Virus record (IMG/VR): IMGVR_UViG_3300024187_000002
Location: 1-64,000 of that record
Length of the DNA: 64,000 nt
Source of the DNA: a virus
Lineage: Duplodnaviria; Caudoviricetes
Direction: 5' to 3' (one strand)
Both the position numbers and the translations under genes were made by a program. Under the pieces are notes generated by a model, which was not told the origin of the DNA, made no database searches, and worked only from the letters and a program-made list of their open reading frames with translations. Of the stretch, positions 48,743-59,229 are shown piece after piece. The first letter of the stretch is position 1. Every line of letters begins with the position of its first letter.

Positions 48743-49186
48743 ATGGAAAGTGAGAAGCAGAATATGAATCAGGGAGATGAGAACAAGAATCCTTCAGGCG
48801 CAGAGTTGTTATCCCCGCTTGACGCGCTGGCGAGATGTCCGTTTTGCCACGCGATACCCGAGCCGCCTTACACAAATAATGTCGGTGAGACCTACGCGAG
48901 AATCAGGCATCAGGCGGATTGCATGTTGGCGATCGCCGCCCCTCGCGATCAATGGTTGCATAGCGGAGTATTCGAGAAGTGGAACACTCGCCCCTCTGCA
49001 TGGCAAGCAATAGAAACCGCGCCACAGAATTACAGTTGGATTCTCGGATTAACACCGAACCGTAGATGCGTGGTTGTGAGATGGGGCGGCAGCCACTGGG
49101 AAGATGACAACCAACTATTCCGCGACATTAGGCTGTGGATGCCACTACCTCCCGCACCTGAACAGAAAACAGAGGAGACGAAATGA
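48743..49186 (+). CDS. Lar-like CPFC zinc finger fused to DUF551-like domain
   Basis: LARCPFC..WNTR; WQAIETAP..WMPLPPAP. Confidence 0.65.
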   Translation: MESEKQNMNQGDENKNPSGAELLSPLDALARCPFCHAIPEPPYTNNVGETYARIRHQADCMLAIAAPRDQWLHSGVFEKWNTRPSAWQAIETAPQNYSWILGLTPNRRCVVVRWGGSHWEDDNQLFRDIRLWMPLPPAPEQKTEETK

Positions 49187-49560
49187 AGAATCAGAATCAG
49201 GTTAATGAGGACAACAACACGCTGACGAACAGGGCCAGTTCCCCGAGTCCCGCGCCGGTTAGGCATTCATTGGCACCGTGGCGAGCGCAAGAACGACTGA
49301 GCGGCTCGGAAAACCACAAAGGCTGGCTGATTTTCAGCGGACTAAACGGCGTGGTCGCGGAAGTCTACCCGCTCAACGAAGACCCGACGCCCGACGCAAA
49401 AGGAAACGCTCGATTAATTGCCGCCGCTCCTGCGTTACTTGAAGCCGCGAAGTTTGCCCTGTCTGTAATCGAATCGCTACCGCCGATGGAATTAAGCGAA
49501 ACGATGGCCGAGGACAAGTTGTCCGCTGCTATTGCTTCAGCAGAAGGGAATCGGGAGTAG
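49183..49560 (+). CDS. Mosaic phage protein
   Basis: HSLAPW..NARLIAAAPALLEA motif. Confidence 0.6.
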   Translation: MKNQNQVNEDNNTLTNRASSPSPAPVRHSLAPWRAQERLSGSENHKGWLIFSGLNGVVAEVYPLNEDPTPDAKGNARLIAAAPALLEAAKFALSVIESLPPMELSETMAEDKLSAAIASAEGNRE

Positions 49561-50840
49561 TCATGGGTGAAGGACTAGCAACAGCAAGACCGTGGGATGG
49601 TCGCAATGACGGCCTCGTTGCGTCACATGTTGGTAATACGCGGTTCATTCTTCGGATTGAAAAGCACGGGCCAGCAGCAACTCTGGATGACGAGGATCGC
49701 GCTTGCATGGGTTTGGTTTTGCGCGCAGTCAATGCCTACGACGAAAACCAAAGGGAAATAGAACAACTAAGAGCGGCGCTGGTGGGACTGCTAAACGCAA
49801 TCCCTGAGATTGCGTCAACCAAGATGGAGAAAGCGGTATCCTTGGCACGTGCTGCTCTTACCCCAAGGAGGACGCAGTAACCAATGAGTGAATCCAGCAA
49901 ATCAAATGCAGAAGTAGCGGCGTACATCGCTTGGAATTGCGGAGCGCAAGAAGGCGAGTCGCCGGATGTGCTCACCTTTAATCGCGGACTACTGGTCTCT
50001 GAGATCGAATCTGCGCTTTCGACTGCTCAATCTAACCTTGCACGAGAAGTGCTGAAAGACGTTCATCGGAATCGTAACTGCGCCGCACATACTATCGAGA
50101 CTCGGCTACGTGACTTATTCACGCGGTTGAATATTCAAGTGGAGGAGTAGACGAATGGCAACAAAAAAGCAGATTGAAACATGGAAGCGGCGACGGCGTG
50201 AAGTCGGCAAGTTGCGTGACGCGATCAGCCAAGACATCGAGGAAATGGAACAGCTTGCGGAGTGCTGCGACAGCGCCGCCGATAATATTCAAGACGCAAT
50301 CGACGCGCTGAGCGAGCTCGCGTGAGCCAGAGGTTCAATAGTGAGTAAGCCAACCAAGCGTCACAAGTTTACCGTGAAAGACCTAGGCGTTAAGGATCGC
50401 AGCCGCACGCTGGAGGTTTCGTGGCCGTCTACGCAGCCGTTTGAGCACGAAGCGGTCGGTGCATATTTGGGTTAGTAACGGTCGTGCAAATTGTACGGGA
50501 TGCTCAAGTGCTTTGCGCGGCATGTCTGGATCGTGCGCCCACGTCAAAGCAGCCAAACGATTTTTAGAAAGGGAATCCAAGTGATGACCACTAACACAGA
50601 CGCCAGCATGTATGAACTTACGTCTACGGACTTAACCAACCTGGGCGGCCCAATGGGGACTGAAAGCACGTCGGAGAATTTTCATAAGCTGTTCGCGTCG
50701 CTTGAAAGTGCCAAGTCAGCCGCAGAGCGCGACTACAACCAATCCCGCGGGCCTATCAAGTGGAAGCGTAATGGCCGAGGATGGACAAGCGGCGATTTGG
50801 GATACGTTATGTATGACATTGAGAAAGTAAGGGTTGAGCC

Positions 50841-51923
50841 ATGAACACAACCACAGAAGGAAACCAGCAGCCAGCCAAGAGACCGTGTAGAGAGTGCGGA
50901 GAGAACGATTTCCACGCACTAGTCTGTCCGTTGAATGAAGGGTTGATGGGAAGTTCACCCGTGTCGGATTCTGAGCGCGTCCCTGAGCCAGTATCTACGC
51001 ACGAGTACGATCCCGGTGCTGGCGACGTAACCTGCGGGTGTCCATGTCACGCCCACAAAGACTTTGGACGAATGGCTCAAGCTACCGCAGAGAGTGATGA
51101 TCGCCTTCCGCCGTGGGCCGATCCAAATTGCGGATCATGCGGCGGCTCTGGCTATACCAGTTTAGGCAGGTGTTACGTGTGCCAGAAACGCGCCGCAGAG
51201 AGTTTAGGAGTTGAGGCGCAGAAGTGCTTAAAGTGCGGCGCGACCGAGGGGTTAGATAACGGCCAGTGCATTGAAATTCTGGGAGTTGAATGTGAATTCG
51301 CAGCACCCACCTCACCCCAAGACTCGCAGAAGTCTATTCGTGCTGACGATACGAACCGCTGCGTAAAATGCGGTCATCACGTAGAGGACTGGAACTCAGA
51401 AACGGGCAAGTGTGAGTATCGGGAGGAGATAGCTTGGTGCGGTTGCCGTTGCAGATTCCCGCCTGCTAACTCACCCGCTGCCTCAGTCCAAGTAGGGCCG
51501 GAACTGCCGGAGGATTGGACGATAGAGTGTGCTGATTGGATCGTTCGCGGTCAGCTATCCGCAGCGTCTAAAGTGCCGTTAGGCGAATGCTTGAAACTGA
51601 TGGTGATGCCTATCGCTCGGATAATTTCACGCGCAGCGGCCAGGGCTACTCCTACACTAACAGAGCCAAGTGTAGAGCAGTGCTTGAGTGAGGCCGTTGA
51701 GTTGTTTCCACATGCAGATATTGAAGTTACCGCTAGAGCAGCTTCATGGTCGCCTGAGTACGTGAACATGGGCGACCGCTCGTTAGAAGAAGTTGAGCCG
51801 CGACGTTACGACTCGCCCTTATGCAGAATTGAAATCGACGGATGCGGCTTCTCTGGGACTACATTGGCATCGGCTATAGCTGCTGCGAGGGAGTTCGCAG
51901 CAAGTAAGGAGAAAGAGAAGTGA
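50841..51923 (+). CDS. Cys-rich mosaic protein with several small zinc-finger modules
   Basis: Multiple CxxC units. Confidence 0.55.
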   Translation: MNTTTEGNQQPAKRPCRECGENDFHALVCPLNEGLMGSSPVSDSERVPEPVSTHEYDPGAGDVTCGCPCHAHKDFGRMAQATAESDDRLPPWADPNCGSCGGSGYTSLGRCYVCQKRAAESLGVEAQKCLKCGATEGLDNGQCIEILGVECEFAAPTSPQDSQKSIRADDTNRCVKCGHHVEDWNSETGKCEYREEIAWCGCRCRFPPANSPAASVQVGPELPEDWTIECADWIVRGQLSAASKVPLGECLKLMVMPIARIISRAAARATPTLTEPSVEQCLSEAVELFPHADIEVTARAASWSPEYVNMGDRSLEEVEPRRYDSPLCRIEIDGCGFSGTTLASAIAAAREFAASKEKEK

Positions 51924-52267
51924 GCAATCCGTTCAACGTCAAAAGAGCGCGGAAGAGTTTGGGTATAAATGATATTCAGGAGTCCGCGCTTTTTACTGAC
52001 TTTTGTAACCGCTTCAAGCCTTTCGGGACACGCCGCGAGGCGGACTTTAAGAATTCATTGCGCCAACTCTGCTTAGAGATATTCAGCCTCGGCTACGAAG
52101 AGGGCGTGGCAAGTAAAGCGGAGATTGGAGCACGCAGGCTTGGGAGCCGCGGAGGATTGAAAGGTGGCCCTGCGAGAGCTAGAACACTTTCACCTGAGCG
52201 TAGAAAGCGAATAGCCCAAGATGCAGCCAATCGAAGATGGCACCCAAAGGAGGATCAACTCAAATGA
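51920..52267 (+). CDS. Basic protein with GxxGGxKGGxARA..LSPERR motif
   Basis: GSRGGLKGGPARARTLSPERRKRIAQDAANRRW. Confidence 0.6.
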   Translation: MSNPFNVKRARKSLGINDIQESALFTDFCNRFKPFGTRREADFKNSLRQLCLEIFSLGYEEGVASKAEIGARRLGSRGGLKGGPARARTLSPERRKRIAQDAANRRWHPKEDQLK

Positions 52268-52851
52268 CAGACAATGAATCACCCGCAGTGCCAGAGCGCC
52301 GGATTACCGCAGAGCGGCTAGTCGATCAACTGCGATTCTTCTTGCCAATCACCGAGGCCAACGTAGATGGTCTGCGGGAACTATTCAATACCGCAATCGT
52401 CAACGCGAATGCTGATGGCCGTGATAACCGCCGCGTCCGCTCCGCTCCTGATACTCGTGAAAGAATCGGACAAGCAATAGACAAGGTGAGATTGTCAGGT
52501 GATTCCAAGACTGGTGCGATGACGTTAATGCGTGAGGAATTGATAGATGCGCTGGTCGCGTCCGCTCCTGATACCGCAGAAGTAGCGAAGATTGAAGCGC
52601 GATGTTTAGCTGACCATCCGCACGTCGGGCGCTCTCCTGGCATTTTTGGCGGCAGGTGGATCGTGGGTGGAATTCGCATCGCTGTTACCGACATCCTCTG
52701 CTACTTATGGCAAGGGCACGATGTCGCGTACATCGCTAACGTTTATGGATTATCTGAAGTGCAAATCAAGGATGCCATCGCTTTCGCGCAAGACTTCATT
52801 GAACAAAGCGATAATCGAGGAGCCGAACTCGTCAGCGATAAGGAGAAATGA
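52264..52851 (+). CDS. DUF433-domain protein
   Basis: PGIFGGRWIVGGIRIAVTDIL..L..G....IA..YGLSEVQIKDAIAF; ATGA-coupled start. Confidence 0.8.
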   Translation: MTDNESPAVPERRITAERLVDQLRFFLPITEANVDGLRELFNTAIVNANADGRDNRRVRSAPDTRERIGQAIDKVRLSGDSKTGAMTLMREELIDALVASAPDTAEVAKIEARCLADHPHVGRSPGIFGGRWIVGGIRIAVTDILCYLWQGHDVAYIANVYGLSEVQIKDAIAFAQDFIEQSDNRGAELVSDKEK

Positions 52852-53473
52852 AATGGGATTGCATAGTGCACTCAGTCGCTCGCCCAAAGGCTCATGGCGA
52901 TTTGCTCTGTGGCTTTTAGGGTTCGTGGTTCTCATCCTTTTGATACTCGCGATTGTTGCGCTGAGGGGTTAGATCGAATGACTAAACCTACCGCAGAACT
53001 CACCAGCGTTGCTACTCCCGATGCAGATGATGAGGAGAAATGAAATGAGTGCCCTTGAAGATCGACTAGACAGGCGAAGCATTGTCGAGCAACTGCTCCG
53101 CGTCGAACCGGGAAACGCGAACTATTCAATGGTCGCGTTAGACGAAAGAGTTCGTCGCGTAGTCAACCGTCTTATCAACGCAGAATCCAGCGCGAAACCT
53201 ACCGCAGATGATGAAGCACGCACGCAAGCCGAGTCGCTGATTAAAGATACACTTTCGTCCGCTGAGTGGGCGGGCGTCAATCTCATGGTGACGTTTAAGA
53301 AAGAAGTCTTACTCGACGCCATCGCATCTGCTTTGACTCAATCCCGTCAGCGAGCTATTGAAGTCGTAGAAAGTTTCATGACGATACACGAGGAAGTAGT
53401 GAGCAACGAGGACTTGGTATTGAATGCGAAGTTGCGAGAAATCGTTGCGGCGCTAGAAGGGAGAGAGGGTTGA

Positions 53474-54172
53474 ATGAATAACACGCGCCACATAAGTCCG
53501 CGAGATAGTGCGTACTGCCCTGAGTGTCGTCGCAATCCCCAACAGGAACGCACTCGCAATCACGGCGAACGGCTCTGCTCGGCGGGCCATGTGTTCACGC
53601 TGAAAGAGTCACGAGAAGCATTCAAACGAGACCATCCTGAACCTGTGAACCAACTAAAGGACGAATGGCGACAACATCACAGCGTTCTCAAGAAAGACTG
53701 TGCCTCGTGCTTACAAGGCCACGCCGCCCGAATGGAAACAGGAGTGCGTGAACCTGAGTCGGAAGTTGCAGTGTTACGTGCTGAGAATGAAGAACTGAGA
53801 CATCGAGATCGGCTGTGGAATTCAGCCTTCGGAACATCACAACTTACTCACGCGAAGGCGCGACTAGAGGCCGCTGAATCCAAAGCGGAAAGACTTGAAC
53901 GACAGGTAGCAGAAGCCAAGCAAGTCTCTGTTGATGAAGCACGTCTAAAGGCTATTAGAGAACGAGTAGATAAAGCGACGCCCGGCCCGTGGATTCACAT
54001 TGACGACGAGCCGGTTCACGGTGACGACTATAACGTGTTCTCTGGTGGCCCAAAGAAGATGATGGGCGGCAATCCGATTCCAGTTGCAACGTTTGAATGG
54101 GAGGAGGACGAGGCGTTCGCCTGCGCTGCCCGTGAGGACATCCCCTATCTTCTCACCTTACTTGACCCTTAA
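53474..54172 (+). CDS. Ead/Ea22-like mosaic protein
   Basis: RLKAIRERVDKATPGPW..AAREDIPYLL. Confidence 0.6.
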   Translation: MNNTRHISPRDSAYCPECRRNPQQERTRNHGERLCSAGHVFTLKESREAFKRDHPEPVNQLKDEWRQHHSVLKKDCASCLQGHAARMETGVREPESEVAVLRAENEELRHRDRLWNSAFGTSQLTHAKARLEAAESKAERLERQVAEAKQVSVDEARLKAIRERVDKATPGPWIHIDDEPVHGDDYNVFSGGPKKMMGGNPIPVATFEWEEDEAFACAAREDIPYLLTLLDP

Positions 54173-54400
54173 CTGTTCAATAGCTCCCCAAACATAAGGC
54201 CGCGGCGTCTTAACTCCGCATTCCCAGTTTGAAACTGTCTGTTTTCTTGATAATCCCAACGCTTTAGCAAATTCAGATTGAGACATACCTAGAGCTAATC
54301 GAGCAGCTTTAATACGTTGACCAGCATTCAGATCAGAGAAAGATTCTGGCGGATTTGATGTAGATTTCGGCGGGTGTTTTGCGTTATACTTGGCAGACAT
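54158..54400 (-). CDS. XRE-family HTH regulator
   Basis: RIKAARLALGMSQSEFAKALG..TVSNWECG..P. Confidence 0.88.
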   Translation of the reverse strand: MSAKYNAKHPPKSTSNPPESFSDLNAGQRIKAARLALGMSQSEFAKALGLSRKQTVSNWECGVKTPRPYVWGAIEQLRVK

Positions 54401-56238
54401 TTTGGATAGGTTCCTTCTCTGAGTTGAATGCTGGTTCTTTGAAAATTACGCATATTTTGCCTGTAACCGCGCAAGCTCACGTCGTTCTTTTGCTTCGGTT
54501 TCAGCTTGACATGTAGCGGTTGCGGCTTCTTCGCGCGCCCGAACTTCTGCGGCATATTCATCTTTTAGTAATTGCAAGGCCGCGTTTAAGTCTTCATCCA
54601 CCATGTCAAGAATGGTTACAGGGAACGAAACGTCATAACGATCTGTGTCGCCTGAGTGATATTCATCCCACTCAGCGGTCACTCGATCGGTGTCCGAGTC
54701 GTATGAATACTCAAAGGCGCTCGCTTGGCTCGTGTTCCAGCCCCGTCCGCGAATTACGGCGCACACAATGGAAGCGGGAATGGAGTTGATTGTTCTTGTG
54801 GCGGCGGCTCGATCCTTAAAAGCTTGCCGTATCTCTGTTGATGTCATGATGTTTTCTCCTTAGCGAATTTCAAGAAATCTCACGGCAAAGCAGTATATAG
54901 AGGCTCTGCCGTCAGAGTTCTTTAGCGAGCGAGTGGTATGTAGCCGCTTCCGATTTCACATTCATGGTCTTGTGAGATAGCGTATTTGTCACCCATTTTG
55001 AAAAGTCGCAGGAAGTACAGAAGGTCAAGCTGCTGAACCACGTAATACGTGCCTTGATCTTCCCAGAAGTAGAGAATGTTTTGAGTCGATCCTATCCATT
55101 TTTGAATCGCCTCAGTGACTTCGGTTGGTAGTTGCGAGTTGTTGGAATTTGGCATTTGTTTCGTGCTCTTTCCGGCTTATTCAGCCTAGCTGCGAATAGG
55201 GTTTAGTAACGGATTAGTTAGCGCGTTCGCCCGCGTGATCCTTAAGAATTCGACTCGCTTCTTGTTGGCCTATGCCGATTTTGTCTAAAGTATTCAGCGG
55301 CGATAACGCACATGCAGTCAATTCCCTTTCGGCGTTTGGTGGTACAGTCCGAGTCGTGAATGCGAAGGCCACAGGCAGAACAATGCGACCACGACACGCC
55401 ATTGGTTCTCTTGCTGCAATCGTGCCTCATGTGGCCACCTCTTGCGCGAAGAACGGTAGCTCGCCATTACAGATCGCGTCACGCTGAGTGCGACCTGAGA
55501 AGTTAATTGACCAGTCGCCAGAGATTGCGCCATCAGCAACGCGCTTGCCGAAAGTGACGTTTTCAGCGCCGCTAAATTTTACCCAAGCTGGCCCGTTCGT
55601 GGCGAGCATGTCATACAAACCACTACGACCACGGCGCGGAGTGTAGCCAACTAAAACCTTGCGACCATCAGAATGAATTGCAACTAATTCATATCGTGTT
55701 GAATAGTTTTTGATTCTGGCGAGTTTTTCTTGGAGTGTCATTTCGTGCCCTTTCATATCGGCTGCGAATGTTCTAACAAGGATTGATAAAACATCGAAAC
55801 GCATCTCGCGGATGCGCTTCAGGAATTATCAAGCGTTAACCGCGTGCTTGTTGAGCCACGTTTCAAACATCTTCGCTTTGCGAGCAATGCGCCGGAAGTC
55901 TTTCAACTTGAAAGTGGACAGTGACCACACATACCCGTTCACGTCCAGTTCTTTGCGTGAAATGTAATTCTTTTCATCGAGTTGGCCGATATTCTCAACA
56001 TGGCCTAGTCGCCTTACTAAGGCGCGATCATTGTCAAGTAATTGGTCAATGCGAAAATAACTCCCAGTGGATCGGGCTAACCAGACCTCGTTAACTTGTG
56101 GCGTGCTTTTCATTCTAGCTGCGCTCCTTTGAGTGATTCGTTCTAACAAGACAGACTATACATGAATGTTACCCGTAGCGCAACATACTATTTCGTATAT
56201 GTACAGAAATTGCGGAATTTGCTACCTTCTAGCGGTGA

Positions 56239-56892
56239 ATGAAGTCACTAAGACCAGAAAGAGCGCAGAGATTCGCCGCGAAGTATGTTAGGAATGGATT
56301 TAATCCGGTTCAGGCGGTAGTTGATTGCGGCATCACGCGCAATCGTAATTCGGCTCACGTGATTGGCTGGCGTCTGTTACAAAATGTTACAACCCGCCAA
56401 GAAATTCGCAAGCATCTTACGAAGATGATATCTAACGACGTAATGACCGCTCAAGAAGTCCTACAGCGGCTTTCTAAGCACGCTAGAGCCTCTTTAGCTG
56501 ACGTTCTCACAGATGATGGCCACTTCGACCTGCAAACCGCAAAAGATAACCATTCTGACGATTTACTCAAGAAATTAAAGGTTCGCAGATTAAAGGATGG
56601 CTCTGTAGAACATGAATACGAGATTCACGATCCTCAGAACGCTCTCGTGCAAATGGCCCGTGTTCACAAGCTATTGACCGATAGAGTTGAGCAAACCAAC
56701 ACTTCTGAACAATCTCACATAGTAGAGCAAACTATCCTAAAACGTTCTGAGAGAACTGGTGAAGATGCTGAATCTATTGCACTTAGCCTGCTAGAATCAT
56801 TTCAGGATGAGCCAGAATTCTTACAGCCTGAGTTGTGGGGAAAGTTTGCTTATGTGCTGGCTAAACCGTTGGAAAGCAAGGAGATACAGTGA
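56239..56892 (+). CDS. terS: Terminase small subunit
   Basis: QRFAAKYV..FNPVQA..SA..G.RLL..EI; AQEVLQRLS. Confidence 0.8.
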   Translation: MKSLRPERAQRFAAKYVRNGFNPVQAVVDCGITRNRNSAHVIGWRLLQNVTTRQEIRKHLTKMISNDVMTAQEVLQRLSKHARASLADVLTDDGHFDLQTAKDNHSDDLLKKLKVRRLKDGSVEHEYEIHDPQNALVQMARVHKLLTDRVEQTNTSEQSHIVEQTILKRSERTGEDAESIALSLLESFQDEPEFLQPELWGKFAYVLAKPLESKEIQ

Positions 56893-57020
56893 CGCGAACG
56901 GCTGCAGGGATCGCATTATTGGTTAGCGGCATATCAGTGATAGCCGTGTCCGTTGTGCGTCTGTGTCAAATGTGGCGAGCTGAAACGCTGCGCCGCGCTA
57001 ACTACTATAAGAATGAATAG
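56889..57020 (+). CDS. 43-aa single-TM peptide
   Basis: GTGA-coupled to terS; AAGIALLVSGISVIAVSVV. Confidence 0.4.
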   Translation: MTRTAAGIALLVSGISVIAVSVVRLCQMWRAETLRRANYYKNE

Positions 57021-57124
57021 CTTACGCCAATTCTACCGCCAGAAGCGCGTCGGTAAGGGCAAAAACGGAATGGTGTATAGACATTTGCTATGCGAAGTGC
57101 TATACAGTAGCTAGCGGTTCCCTC

Positions 57125-57234
57125 TCGTGGTTGCGTGAGTGGCTGAAACGTGACGCCAGCAAGATCGGAGATGCGATTGAGGCGCTGGATTGGCCGATGC
57201 TATCCGACCCGGGGTTCGACTCCCTCACCGTGAG
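57125..57234 (+). ncRNA. tRNA-like element (class II D/T arms, oversized anticodon region, no CCA)
   Basis: Acceptor TCGTGGT/ACCGTGA; D arm CGT-GAGTGGCTGAA-ACG; T loop TTCGACT; promoter TAGACA-17-TATACA at 57078-57106. Confidence 0.6.
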
Positions 57235-57258
57235 AAATGGGGCCGCTACAATTTATTC

Positions 57259-57714
57259 ATGGCAAAACAGCAATTCAACCGACGACTATCAGATGAGGCG
57301 ATAACGGCAATTAGCTGGTGGGCGAAACAAGACTCAACCCCGGCGCGGAAAGTAACTGATACAGAGATTGTAGAGCGAGCGATTGCGCTGTACGACCAGA
57401 TGCGTGCGAATGGCGGGGGAGTTCCTGAAGCCGTTCCGGTTATTCCCGAAGCGCAGCGAGTTGAATCTCGACCATCAACGGGGCGGATAACAAACATTTC
57501 CGCTAATGCGGGTTTCGACCCTGCGACTATTCCCGGCGTCTCGCGTGGTGTTTCAACAAACTTCACCTGTCGCTGTATCCATTCAGGGTGCAAAGGATCG
57601 AAGTTTCAGGGAGCATCGAAGTATGCAAATCTTTGTCCGGCTTGTGGCGAGTCTGGACATTCGGGCGATCCGCGAAGCTGTCAGGAATGTTTTAACGATA
57701 TGGGGCCAGCATGA
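57259..57714 (+). CDS. Possible RHH-like regulator with C-terminal Cys cluster
   Basis: QFNRRLSDEAI..TEIVERAI; CRC..C, CPAC, CQEC. Confidence 0.45.
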   Translation: MAKQQFNRRLSDEAITAISWWAKQDSTPARKVTDTEIVERAIALYDQMRANGGGVPEAVPVIPEAQRVESRPSTGRITNISANAGFDPATIPGVSRGVSTNFTCRCIHSGCKGSKFQGASKYANLCPACGESGHSGDPRSCQECFNDMGPA

Positions 57715-59229
57715 GCAAGTGGAGTATTGCGTGGCGAACGGGGCTGATTTTTGCCTTAGGGTTTTTCGCCGCCGACCAAAGTGAACGCAAGATTTCCCGG
57801 CAGCCTTTCGTTCTCTTGGTGGAAACTGGCGGGTGATTGCCTTTTGGCAGCAACGTTGGGATGGTCTTTGACAATAGGAGAATCAAATGAGCGAACTAAG
57901 TGAGGCGATTATAGCATGTGTTGAGTCGTCTGGATTGAACGATGACGACCAACGGAGTGCAATCGGAATGGCGCGGACGTGGGTAGACAAACGAGAGCCT
58001 ATTAAGTGGAATCCTGAGCAGGTTCACTACGAGAAGCGCGACCAGTTAGCCGCAAACCTTGTAGCGATCATAGAAGCGAATCCCGCGGAAGATGAAGAGT
58101 ACGTTAAGGCCCTACAAGCGGCACGTGCCGTGGTCAACGCGCCATTTCAAGTAGAAACACATGGCGGGGCAAGATTAGGAAAGCCGGGAGAGAAGAAGAA
58201 AGCACGTGAAGTGGCGACAGAAAGGTAAGGAGTAAGATGGACGGGGAGTTGCGTCGCAGGCTTAGCTTCTTCTTTTGGTTGTTATACCATTATTGCCATT
58301 ACGAATATTGGCATACTTGCGATTCTACTCGCGCTGATCATTAATTACCGCTAGAGAGGAATCAAAGTGAGCGATAGCGTTGATAAACTAGGAACGGTAG
58401 TGGTCAAGCAGTACGCTAGTGGATCAGAAAATCACGAACCTGAATTGGCGCTCATTTTCACTTCTTGTGACGCTCCGACATATGGATTACGTGACGCCGA
58501 AAATAATAGATACCATTGGCGACAAGACCTGACTCGACCAGCGACTCCGGAAGAAGCCGTAAGGTATTGGCAGCAACGAGCAGAGAACGCGGAGCATCTA
58601 TTCGAGAAAATGAACGAACTGAACATAAAACTCAGTGACCACAATGATAAATTAATAGAACGGTTATATTGCCTGCCGGTGGATACGCCAAAATGAGAAC
58701 CCTGTCTGACGCCTTACGCCGAGCGGCAGAGTGGTTAGCGCATCTCTGTGGATATTATCGATTCGGGTCGATAGACAGTGAGGGCAGCAAAACTCGGCAA
58801 TGGATTGATGAAGCATCTTTTGCTCGTTTGGAGCAACGAGTGCTGAGCCTTGACGAGAAATCCAAGCCAGAGTTTTTGAGTTGGGCGCGGAGCTATTACA
58901 ACAACGGATGCGATCCCGTGAAATTGAAATGGGCGGTTGCGATTATTGGCACGTTAGCGCCTGAAGAATTAGATGACGATGAAAGTATTTTGGACGCGGA
59001 GATTCTGGACGCATGAGAACAATTCAAGACGCCTTAGATCGTGCTAAATCTCTCCGAGACTTCAAAGCAGCAAGTCCAGATAGGTTTGAGAAGTGTAACG
59101 ACTTTCAGGACTTAGCTACTTTGGCGGATGAAGTTGAGAGATTAACTCACGCGATCAACGACGCCGCGGGAAATACTCTCTTGAACAATTCATTTACTTA
59201 CCTACAGCATAAGAGTTAAAGTCTCTTCC

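Noticed and set aside
57125-57234. Functional decoding tRNA or tmRNA
   Set aside because: No 7-nt anticodon loop and no CCA; too short and lacking a tag ORF for tmRNA.
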